From positions 5,254,066 through 5,318,065 of the forward strand of contig MU058221.1 of NCBI GenBank assembly GCA_013265495.1: a DNA stretch of 64,000 nucleotides, given 5' to 3'. This DNA comes from Vicugna vicugna. Its lineage: Eukaryota. Under the pieces are notes generated by a model that did not search any database, was not told the DNA's origin, and worked only from the letters and a program-made list of their open reading frames with translations. Made by a program: the position numbers and the translations under genes. This document shows, one piece after another, positions 38,600 to 48,834 of this stretch; positions within the stretch are counted from its first letter, which is position 1; each line of letters starts with the position of its first letter.

Positions 38600-40830
38600 G
38601 GAGGGGTGGACCTGGAGGTGCTGGGTGCGGAAGGTGGACGCTGCGGCACCGAGAGGTCAGCAAGGCCGGGCAGAGAAGGCCCAGCTCTGATTTGGGGAAG
38701 AGCCGAAGGGCCCAGAAGCCACGTGCCGGGAGCAGACTGTCCTCTGGGAAAAGAGGAGCGCCCTGGACTTGAGGAGGGGGCGGGGAGGGAGAGCCAGAGG
38801 AGGCAGGTTCTGGGCAGAAGGGATGGGGGTGGGGGGAGGTAGAGAGGACGCGGACAAAGGAGGCGGCCGGCAGCCCAGCTGTTTTGAAAAATGCTTCCTG
38901 TTTCTTTAAAGGCGCTCGCGGCTCGGGCGGCCGGGGCTGGGGAGGCGGCGGCGGCGGGAGCTGCCTCCTCTCCGGGCGGCGGCGCTGACTGATCTCGCGA
39001 ACTGGGCTTCTGTGTAAACTGAGGCTAAACAAACACAGATGGAGCGCAGCGGGCGTTCTCCAGAAATGCTGGCAAGGCGGCAGCGACTTCAGATGACACT
39101 CTGAGCGCTCCGGGAGCGGACAGCCCGGCGGCTTCGCGGAGCCGGCGGCGCAGCTGCCCCGGCCGTGGGGGAGAAAGGGAGGGAGGGAGGGAGGGAGCGA
39201 GCAGGGGGAGAGCTGGAGACTCCGAGGCGCTGAGCGCGGCGGCCGCCCGGGCAGAGCCGGCGCGCGGCGTGCAGAGCGAGCGCGGCGGGCGCGCGTCCCG
39301 GGGAGCCCCACGCCCCTGCCTCGCGCGCTGCCCGCGCCATGAAGCACATCCCGGTTCTCGAGGACGGGCCGTGGAAGACCGTGTGTGTGAAGGAGCTGAA
39401 CGGCCTCAAGAAGCTCAAGCGGAAAGGCAAGGAGCCGGCGCGGCGCGCGAACGGCTATAAAACTTTCCGATTGGACTTGGAAGCGCCCGAGCACGGCGCC
39501 ACCGCCACCAACGGGCTGCGGGACAGGACCCAGCGGCTGCAGCCGATCCCGGCCCCAGTGCCAGCCCGGGTGGCGCCGGCCGTTCCCTCAGGTGGGGGCG
39601 CGGACACCGCCGGGGAGCGCGGGGGCGCCCGGGCGCCGGAGGTCTTGGACGCGCGGAAACGCGGCTTCGCCCTGGGCGCAGTGGGGCCGGGACTCCCCAC
39701 GCCGCCGCCGCCGCCACCGCCGCCACCGCCGCCGCCGCCTCCCGCGCCCCAGGGCCAGGTACCTGGGGGTCCCGAGGCACAGCCTTTTCGGGAGCCTGGC
39801 CTGCGTCCCCGCATCTTGCTGTGTGCACCGCCTGCACGCCCCGCGCCATCGGCGCCCCCTGCGCCCCCGGAGTCCTCAGTGCGCCCCGCGCCCCCCACGC
39901 GCCCTGGGGAAAGTTCTTACTCGTCAATTTCACACGTAATTTACAATAACCACCCGGATTCCTCCGCGTCGCCTAGGAAACGGCCAGGCGAAGCTACTGC
40001 CGCCTCCTCGGAGATCAAAGCCCTGCAGCAGACCCGGAGGCTCCTGGCGAACGCCAGGGAGCGGACGCGGGTACACACCATCAGCGCAGCCTTCGAGGCG
40101 CTCAGGAAGCAGGTACCGGCTCCCAGCCGCACACTCTCACTGCGCCCGGGGATGACTGCGGGAGCGGGTGGGTGAGTGGCGGGGGCATTTTAGGGAGGAT
40201 GAGGATATGGGTAAGAGACAAATTGTCCCCGACTTGTTGGCCCCAGGGCCCAGACAGGTTTGGGTCCCCCTGGAGCAGTGACCTTTGCCACAGCGTTGGT
40301 ACAGATCTTAGTTTGCAAAGCGGTGATGAAGGTTCGAGATCTCTGGCACGGACACGCCCTGGTTACAGCCACCCCCATCCCCCCTGGGGTGACCCTGTCT
40401 GCGCGTCTGACTTCAGCCCTCATAGTTCACTTTTATGGCAGAGAATATTTGTCTCCCGGAGTCCCTTGGGCGCGGTGGGGAATGGAGAGGGGGAATGTGG
40501 GAATCTGTCTCTGGCGGGGAAGAGGGGAAGACCCTTCCCCTTCCGGCAATTTGGCGTGGTCTCGGAGGCCCCGAATGCTGCGGAGGGGCGGTCCTGGTTT
40601 TGCCAGAATATATGGGTCCCGCGTTCCGGGGGAAGTCTGTCACCACTCCCCATTCAGCCCCCACCCCGCAGCAGGGATGCCCCTGCATTCAGATTGCTTC
40701 TAAGCTCTTCACCCCTTGCCCCTCGTGTCCTTAAGAATCGGGGCTACAAGCCCGCGGCCCCCCCCCCCCACCGCGGGGCGGCCTCCGGAACTGGCTGGAG
40801 AGAGCCCTCCTAGGAGATCCCCGCCGCTGC
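38600..40830. promoter_or_regulatory. ATOH8: CpG island spanning the ATOH8 promoter, 5'UTR, exon 1 and start of intron 1
   Basis: Very high GC and CpG density (e.g. ggcggcggcggcggg, cgcgcggcg). GC box GGGGCGGGG near 38777, TCTCGCGA at 38993-39000, forkhead-like TAAACAAACA at 39026-39035, CAGATG E-boxes at 39036 and 39090. Boundaries are approximate. Confidence 0.88.
39339..40112 (+). CDS. ATOH8: ATOH8 coding exon 1 (codons 1-258: N-terminal basic/Pro-rich region, basic region and helix 1 of the bHLH)
   Basis: The ORF starts gccATG AAG CAC ATC (MKHIPVLEDGPWKTVCVKELNGLKKLKRKGKEP) and reaches TRRLLANARERTRVHTISAAFEALRKQ, recognisable as ATOH8. It ends at a phase-0 donor CAG|gtaccg (GT at 40113). 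774 nt = 258 codons. Confidence 0.97.
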
Positions 40831-43800
40831 TGCCTTTCACCCCATGCCGAAGCAGGCAGGGCTGCTGAGGGGACTGGTTGTTTGGAGGATCTTCAGAAAC
40901 TAGTTCTGGGGTGAGTTAGAGCTTTTTAGTTTGGAACGGGTTGGGGCTGTCCTCACCAGACACTGTCTTCTGGGGATGGCGTGGGGGGAGGGGAAGGGGA
41001 AAATATTTGTCCAAGAAATACCTGTAGTGGGGAGCGGCAGTTTTACAGTTCCACTTCGGCCGAGACTGAGACTGCCCTGGGGTTCTAGGCTGCTCATTTT
41101 CTTAGAGCAAAGAGAGATCTCAGAAGAGAATGGTAAGTGCCCCCACCCAGGGCACAAGGAGGGGTTTGAGGGTGGATATGACTAGTTTGAATGGGCAAGA
41201 GTTTTGCTTGCGCTGTAGCTGACTTCCTGTGTGACTCCAGGAAAGTTGCTTACCCTCTCTGTGTTTTAGCCATCCGCAAAGGATTTCAGAAAACATCATC
41301 TTCTATCTGGATCACACTTTCCTCTTCCTCTTGTGGGTGGGGCGGGCAAGGTGCCTGTGTCCATCCGTGGGAGGGGAATCGAACTCCTGGGGAAAAGAGG
41401 CTCTATGACTTTGGAGCCAAAGTGTCTCACTTGGGTTTGGGTCAGTGAGATGGAGTGAACTGGAGGGGTTAGATAGCTGTTACTGACCCTATGTTGGGAT
41501 TCTGGACAGTGAGCTCAGTGGAGAATTCAGTCTCACCCTCAGGCAGTGGCTCTGTGTTTGAATGCCTGGGGACAGTGGCAGCTAGAAGGGCATCCTGCCA
41601 CCACCCCCCCACCTCCCAGGATGGAAGGATCAGATGGCAGAGAGATGCCTGTTCACCAGCTCACCTTGCAGCTAGGGAAACCCCTCTCAGATTGGGGAAG
41701 TGCCCAGAGCATCACAGCTGGGGAGTAGCAGGGTAGGGCTGACACCTAGGTCCTTTGACTGCTGGTTCAGGGTCCTTTTTACTCCTCTGGCTGCCTCTTT
41801 TAGTTCTGAGAAAATGTTCATGAGCTCTGTGTGCTCAACTACATCTCATTTGTCCAGTGGCTTCAACTTCTTTCAATAATAAATTCCGTTTTGTTTGATC
41901 TTAACATCCCTGTCAGTTGAATTAGCCCATTTAATGGAATGGAAAACTGAGGCATGAAAAAAGAAGGAAGGAGACTCTTCCAAGATCACCTGGTGGGTTA
42001 GGGAAGATGACAGAAGTTTCTCGAATGCCAAATGCTTCTCACAGTGTCATCTGTATCTGCACTATGAGCTCCCCACCCCGACTTGCAGTGCTGTTAATAG
42101 TTGGAAGCTGGGTATGCATATGGCTCGCTCTGAGATGAGACTGTAAATCCTGGTTTCCTTTCACTTCTACCCTTCTTGTGGGGAAGTTCTGTGTAAGAGG
42201 GACAAATTCAGAGTGTACGCACACACGCAGGTACACACAATTGTCTGTGTACACATGATCAGTACACGTGCCCAGGAGCACACACAAGTGCAAGAAGCGC
42301 CTGTTACTGGCTGTTCCCCTCGTGCCCAAACCGTCTGTCCCTTCCCTATAAACGCTGCTGGTGAGCACCTGTCTGTCGTCTGGGAGGAAAGAAATACAGC
42401 GGGGACACTTCTGGCCCCAGAGCCTGGGCTGAGGCCATACTCACTATGTCCCCATCACACAGCCCCCATCCAATGGGGAAGGTCCTATGTCTCCGACGCA
42501 CTCCCTCCTCCTCTGGGCATGTAGAAGGCACACACATGTGCATATGCACATACACACACACGCCCGTGCATGTGTGTGTGTCCCTATCCAGACTGGCTGT
42601 GGCTCTGGATCTAGGCTCAGGCTTGACCGTTTGAAATGGGCCCTGGGAAAGGAGGGAAGGAAGGACGATGGTTCTGTCTGAAATGAGGCCTTGGCCATTG
42701 CACCCATGAGGTTAGTTCTGCAGTTGTAGCTCTGCTCTGGGGCTTGGTTTCCCTCAGCAGCTTCCTGGTACCATGAAAAGAGCACTGGGTGGGGAGTCCA
42801 GAGGTTGGAGTTTGAGTCATGCCTCTTCTGTATGCTTTCTGTGTGACCCTGGACAAGTCACTTTCCCTCTCTGAGCCTCAGCTGCTAAAGCTGGAAGATG
42901 GTGACAATGCTGGGCCTCATGCACAGCTTTTTTGCAAAGAGCGAATGAAAAAAGGAATGGGGGCCGTGGGAGGAATGAACGTTTTTTGAGCATCTTATAG
43001 AGCCCTCAGTGCTGGGTAAAGGCCTTTACAGATGTGTAAGTAAGAATTCCATAACCATTCAAATAACCATTATAGAAATTACCATTTATCAGAGTTGCTT
43101 TGTGCTGGGCCTGTGCGGAGTGTGTTATGTGTATTAGTTCATTTAATGAAATAGGTGTTGTTTCCAGCCCCCACCCCAGCCCCACCCCCAATTTCACAGA
43201 CGGTGAGACTGAGCTTCAGAGACTCATGTAAGTTGGTGGCGGTCTCACAGCCTTTCGCTGCCGCACGTGGCCTCGCGGGTTTTGCTCTGCACACCTCCCT
43301 GGCCACTCACTCCCCAGGCTCCGGGGTGCTGGTGCTCCCCGGGCCTGGTGTGGTCGCAGCCTGCGTAGATGTGTGCCGCTGTCATGCAGAGCCCGGATTC
43401 GAGTCAGAGTCAGCGAGTCGCTCCAGCGCCCTGGCTCCTAGGCCTGTTGAACACCCTGGAGCTGTCCATCCCCGGCACAGGGAAGCCACACAGCCTTCTG
43501 TGTCATCCAGCCCACCATGCTCTCAACCAGGAGGGGAGCGGGGGTAGGGGGCTGCCTGGCCATGGAAGCGCAGACTGGGGAGAGAGAGGCCCTCTGATCT
43601 GGGGTGTGCGTGGCAGCCAGGCCCCGGGTGGTGGGTGTGCGGGGCAGATGGTCAGGCCGCAGCACATGCCACCAGCCCAGCTGCGTGGGGCCCTCCCTGT
43701 CGCCTCATGTGAAGGCCATGTGTGCACAGCTGGGCCTGGCCCATGTGCGGGGCTGCTCCGCGCCAGGTGGGAGGGGGTCCAAGGGAAAGCCTGGCTTTGC

Positions 43801-46800
43801 TGGGGGTGAGGGGAGGGGCCAGAGCTGCGGGCCTCGGCCTCTTGGCAGAACCCTCTGGCTCACAGGCCGTGCTCACCCTTTGGGCGTCTGGTGTGTGTGC
43901 AGATTTCCTCTCTCCCTTAGAAGCGTGAATGGAGGGATGGCCGCCTAGCCAGGCGGAGGCCCGAGGCAGCAGGGAGGAGCCCTCAGGACCCGCCGAGGTG
44001 CTTCTTCATTAAGAAGATACCCAGCCCATGGGCCCCTCCTCTGCTTCCCCTGGAGTGTCCCAGGGACTCTTCCATAGTGAACTCAGGGTGGCCCAGGAAG
44101 GGGCATGAAGATGGCACCCCCAGCCCAGCACCTCCCTCAATCTCAGACCCCAGAGGATGCCAGGGGCCAGAGCCTCCCTGCAGCCTGTGCACCCCTCCTC
44201 AGGGAATGAGGGACAGGCCTGCCTGCCTCCAGACAGGAGGGGGTGACAGAGGTCTCTCTCCTGCTGCCTCGTGCCCACAGTCACCAGGGCAGCTGTTGGT
44301 GGAGACTCATTGCGCTGGGCCACGTGCCTTACCTGGGCCTGTTGTCTGCATTTCTGTAGGGCTGCCTCCCTGTTTCACAGGCAAGGATGCTTACAGGGAG
44401 GCAAAGCAAGTGGCCAGGATTTGTCCCATCTTGCTCCGGGGCCATGGCTCTGAACTACTCAGACCTGGGTTCTCTGGGTCCAGCCTCGTTGCTGTGTAGC
44501 TGGTGGGGACTTTGTCTAAATGGAACTTGACAAGAACCTTGACCAGCTCTGTGAAGTGGCTTTGCCGCAGTGAGGCAGCACTCGCTGACCCGAGACGATT
44601 AGAGAATGATTTCAAGTGGAATCGAGTGAGGATGCAGTGATGTCGGAGCTCAGTGGGTCCAGGAATCTTGGTGGGCTGGCAGGAGGGCGTCTTGAGCGGG
44701 GTCCAAGGGTAGGTAGGTGCTGGCACAGAGACAGGGGGGTGGAGGTCTTCCAGGCCTCCCCTGTGCTGGCTGGTCGGGTCCTGGCTTTGTTTCTCTGTAG
44801 CATCTCCTACATCTGCCCACGATTCCATTCTGCGGTAACAGATATTCTGATGCCCGTTTTGTTGGTAGGGAAACAGGTCCCCTAAGGTTGTGGATCTGCC
44901 TGAGATCACATGGACGGCCAGGACTGGAGCGTGGTCCTCAGGATCCCAGGCTCTTTTTCTCCTGCTTTCTGGAGCCAGGGGAGGGTCCGGCTTGGGGTAG
45001 GTGGGATGGAATCTTTTAGGGACATAGGGGTCCCGTGAAAATCCCCATGCCTGTTTCCCAGAAGCTTAACAGTTCTGTCGGGTGAGCATGAGGCAGGTCC
45101 TTTTACTTTCCTGGAAGTTGGGCTGCCTGTCAGGAGTTGGAGCCAAGCGACCCTGCTGCCTCCTTTGGCCTGTGTCCTCTGACCAGGCCGAGCAGACGAC
45201 TGCTGGGGGGTCTTCTGTAGGCAGTAGGGGTGGCTGGGCTCTGGGCCTCGCTGTGGATGCTCGGAGAGGTAATACACAAAGGCCTGGGTCCCTTGAATCC
45301 AGAACTCTCCATCCCCAGCTCAGAAGGGTGGGCTGCCCACCTCCCCACCTTGGGCTATAGATGCTCACCCACGCCCCCAAGAGGTTGCTTCTGGCTAATT
45401 GGAAAGAGTCCAGCTAAGGTGTGAGTTCAAAACCCAGCTCATCTCTCATCATCTGAGAGATACAGGAAGTTCTCATGCCCCCAGGCATCAAATGCTTCTC
45501 TCTAAAGTCTTCATTTCTACCTCATGGGGCTGTTTAGAGGTGAAATGTACTCAAAACACCCAGTCCTCTGCCTGGCCTTAGTAGGTCTCGAGAAACAGCA
45601 AGGGGTGATCTGTTCCCAGCAGTCATGGAGGGTACACATGTGTTAACCCCACTCTCCAGATGAGAAAACTAAGGCACAGAGGGGTGAAGGTGCCTGTCCA
45701 AAATCACACCACTCTTAAGTGCTTAGGATTCAGACCAGCTCGTTCTGCCCTACCTTGACCTCCAAGAATCAGAACTGGCTGCTAGACTCTCCCTGGCCAG
45801 GGTGCCTCCAAGCTGGGTTCTCAGGCTCCAGGCTGCTGCATCCTGGGGCGTGGGCACCAGGAGGATCTGGAATTAGCCAGGGGAGCTGTGGAACACCCCC
45901 CGGGGAGTGAGAGGAGAAGTGAGCGGCCAAAATTTGTCCCTGGTGTCCCCTCTGTTGCTGGGAGAGCCCGGCAGCCATGTGCCTTCCTTGGGCGATAGAC
46001 AGAAAAACTTCTGGCTCCAGCCAGGTCTTGGCTGAATGACCTGGGGCCCAATATGTCACCTCTCTGTTTCCTCATGTGTCAGTGGGGTAACGATCTTTAT
46101 TTTGGGGAAGATTTTGGCGGGATAAAACTACCTGTAAATAGTGGTCGCAGAGCCAGGTAAACAGCCAGAGCTCAGTTGATGGCTTTCTTGTTAGACCTGG
46201 ACTTTGAGAGAAGCAATGGGACAGAGTGACAAATCTGGGACAAAGCTGGCTCAGAACCTGGCACGGGAGCCCCTAGGTTGGCCTTGCCCTCATCTGTTGT
46301 CCCCCGGTGACCCTGGACACCCACATGGAGATCCTGCCCTAGATCCCTGCCCCCTACTGGCAGGGAAGCCCAGCTGCCCAGGGGCCAAGGGCTCAAGGCC
46401 TTGGTAACTCCCAGCGTGGCCTCTGGGTGACAGCACACTAGGGCCTGTGTCCCAGAGCTGCGCCCCGTGTCCAGAGCCTCAGCCAGGCAGGCACTCCCTC
46501 CTGGGGCACAGAGGAGGCAGAGGTGTTGGGCTGAGCCCTGAGCCCCCCAACCCTGCCCCAGGACTCCCGGGAACCTTTCTGTCCTACAGATCTTGTTTAT
46601 TTGTTCAGGCTGATAAAGCAGGATTCTCTGGACCCTGGTTGGGAACAGGCAAAGTGCATTGTTCTCTGAGCTTTTCTTGGATGGGTTTGGAGCTGTCGCC
46701 GGGGCTGTGGGGGAAGAGGGAATGCTTAGGAGCTGGTGGTCCCTCTGTCACCTCCCTGCCCCTCCTTGGGTTTACTGGCCTGGTGAGGGGTGACTCCTTG

Positions 46801-48642
46801 GCTGCTGGAGGATTTTGAAAGGTGACAGAAAACCTTGCCTCTGGCCTGGGCTGGGGTCTCCGGATCCCCAGAGGGTGAGGGATGAGCAGGTGCTATGTTC
46901 TGGCCAGATCTCTTGTTTCTCACCCTCTCCAGAGCCCCATTTTGGAGACCTTCTGCAGCACCCACCATGGGAAAAGTGTCGCTGAATTATATCAGGCCTT
47001 ACTCTGCGCAGTGCATACACCATTTCCTTTAGTCCTCACCACGCTGTGGGTCAGTCCTGCTAACAATGCGATGAGGACACTAAGGCTCAGACAGGTCGCC
47101 TCTTGCCCAGGGTCTTGTATCTGGGAGGAGCTGGAGCCAGGAGTTGAACCCAGGTGCCCAAAAGGTATGCGGGCTTAACTAACTCTTCTCCAAATAACTA
47201 CATCTTCATCGTCAGAGAGAGAACAGCTTCTGAATCCAGTTCTAAACACTCTGGAGATGCCTGGTGAACGTTCAGGGAGATCATTCATCTGTTCATTCAT
47301 TCCCTCCTTCAACAAGCCCCTCTGAGGCCTGTTGTGGGCGGGGCCTGCGCTAGGCTCTGCACACAGTGGCCTTCCCCTGACTGGCAGCCAGGGAGACTGA
47401 GCGTTCAGTGAGTCACAGTAATCAGGAGTTAAGGACAGATCGGGGCTGTTAGGGAACCGTCAGGGGCAGGCACCCTTACTTCCCTGGTGCAGAGGAGGTT
47501 AGAGGAAGGAAGATCCTGGACAAAGTGAGCTTTTACTGTTTAATTCTTATTTTTTATTGACGTGTAGTCGATTTACAGTATTAGTTTCAGCAAAGCGTAC
47601 AGCAGAGTGATTCAGTGATACATATACATGACTATACATATGTGTGTGTATATTCAGATTCTTCCCCATTCCATGCCATTACAAAGTGAACTTTAAAGTA
47701 AGGCTCACGTGTTGCTGCATTTAGGGTCCTCATCTGAAGGGAAGGACGCGTCAGAGCAGCGGTGGGCTCTCTCGGTCCGCACCTGTCAGAAAGGCTTCGT
47801 GGTGGCGTCTCCACGCTGCGGCGCAGGACTCTGCTGCCGTGTTTGTAACTTCCTGCTCACGCCGCCGGAACACTGGTGGGCAGTGCTGGAGACCCCGTCT
47901 CTTCACCCCGTGTGAATTCCTGTGCAGTTAGTGAAGGTCTAGCTGGTGATGAATGTTAAGTGTGTCGAGTCTGGCTGGGGCTCCATTTATTAGGCACCTG
48001 TTGTATATCCAGGCCCAGAGGGCAGAACGTCAAGGAGAAAAGAGAAAGCCAATGACATGTGGGTCTCCCGGCTAAGCACTGACACTTGCCTTCTGGTATG
48101 TTCCCAGGGTCCCGGGTGCCTAACTCTGGGATAACGTTATAGCATCCCTCTTGAGTGTAAGTTCTCTGATGACAGAAACGAATTATTATTCATTGTTGGA
48201 CCCCAAGTGCCCAGCGAGACAAATGTCACCGAATGAATGAACAGACTCTCAGAGCTGAAAAACAGCTGTTCTCTCTGAGAGACTCCTTCTCAGGGAGGGG
48301 GGGACGGAGCTCTGTCCTGGGGGGGCCTTGCTGTGCTCCGCGTTCACTGACATTTGGGGAAGAGCAGAGCCTCACGTGGCCCCCCACAAGGTGGGAATGC
48401 GGGTGCCTCCTGGGGTTTGCGAGTGGCCGCACTGTGATGTGTGTGTGGGGACATCAGGTGGCCCAGAAGAGGGAATGAAATCTGGGTTGCGGGATTAGAC
48501 AGGCCACCTCTGCCACCTTGCAGTCCCCTCTCCTGCAGTGCGGTGTCTGTGAGTGGCTGACAGCTGCCTGGCCAAGGTGCCCTTCCGGGTCGTGCTCAGC
48601 AGGGACCCCGGCAGCCCCTCCTGACGCCTCCTCACTCCCCAG
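40113..48642 (+). other. ATOH8: ATOH8 intron 1 (8530 nt, GT-AG, phase 0)
   Basis: Lies between the in-frame donor at 40113 and the acceptor AG at 48641-48642. Confidence 0.93.
47536..47680 (-). mobile_element. L1 3' end in ATOH8 intron 1 (antisense), with TSD
   Basis: ttttattgacgtgtagtcgatttacag...gtacagcagagtgattcagt. Near-perfect TSD acaaagtga(g/a)cttt at 47520 and 47681. Confidence 0.75.
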
Positions 48643-48834
48643 GTGCCGTGCTACTCGTATGGGCAGAAGCTGTCCAAGCTGGCCATCCTGAGGATCGCCT
48701 GTAACTACATCCTGTCCCTGGCGCGGCTGGCCGACCTGGACTACAGCGCCGACCACAGCAACCTTAGCTTCTCCGAGTGCGTGCAGCGCTGCACCCGCAC
48801 CCTGCAGGCCGAGGGCCGCGCCAAGAAGCGCAAG
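48643..48834 (+). CDS. ATOH8: ATOH8 coding exon 2 (loop and helix 2 of the bHLH, C-terminal basic KKRK)
   Basis: Polypyrimidine acceptor ctcctcactccccag|GTG. The 192-nt exon encodes VPCYSYGQKLSKLAILRIACNYILSLARLADLDYSADHSNLSFSECVQRCTRTLQAEGRAKKRK and ends at donor AAG|gtaagc. It joins exon 1 in frame. There is no stop codon, so a further downstream exon is needed. Confidence 0.97.

Noticed and set aside
38511..39494. 327-aa antisense ORF over the promoter and exon 1
   Set aside because: It has a non-ATG start and low-complexity Pro/Arg/Ala composition. Long stop-free frames are expected in CpG islands, and there is no recognisable domain.
40113..40175. ORF-track extension of exon 1 to 278 aa as the real ATOH8 C-terminus
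   Set aside because: This is intron read-through. The bHLH is completed only by splicing to 48643.
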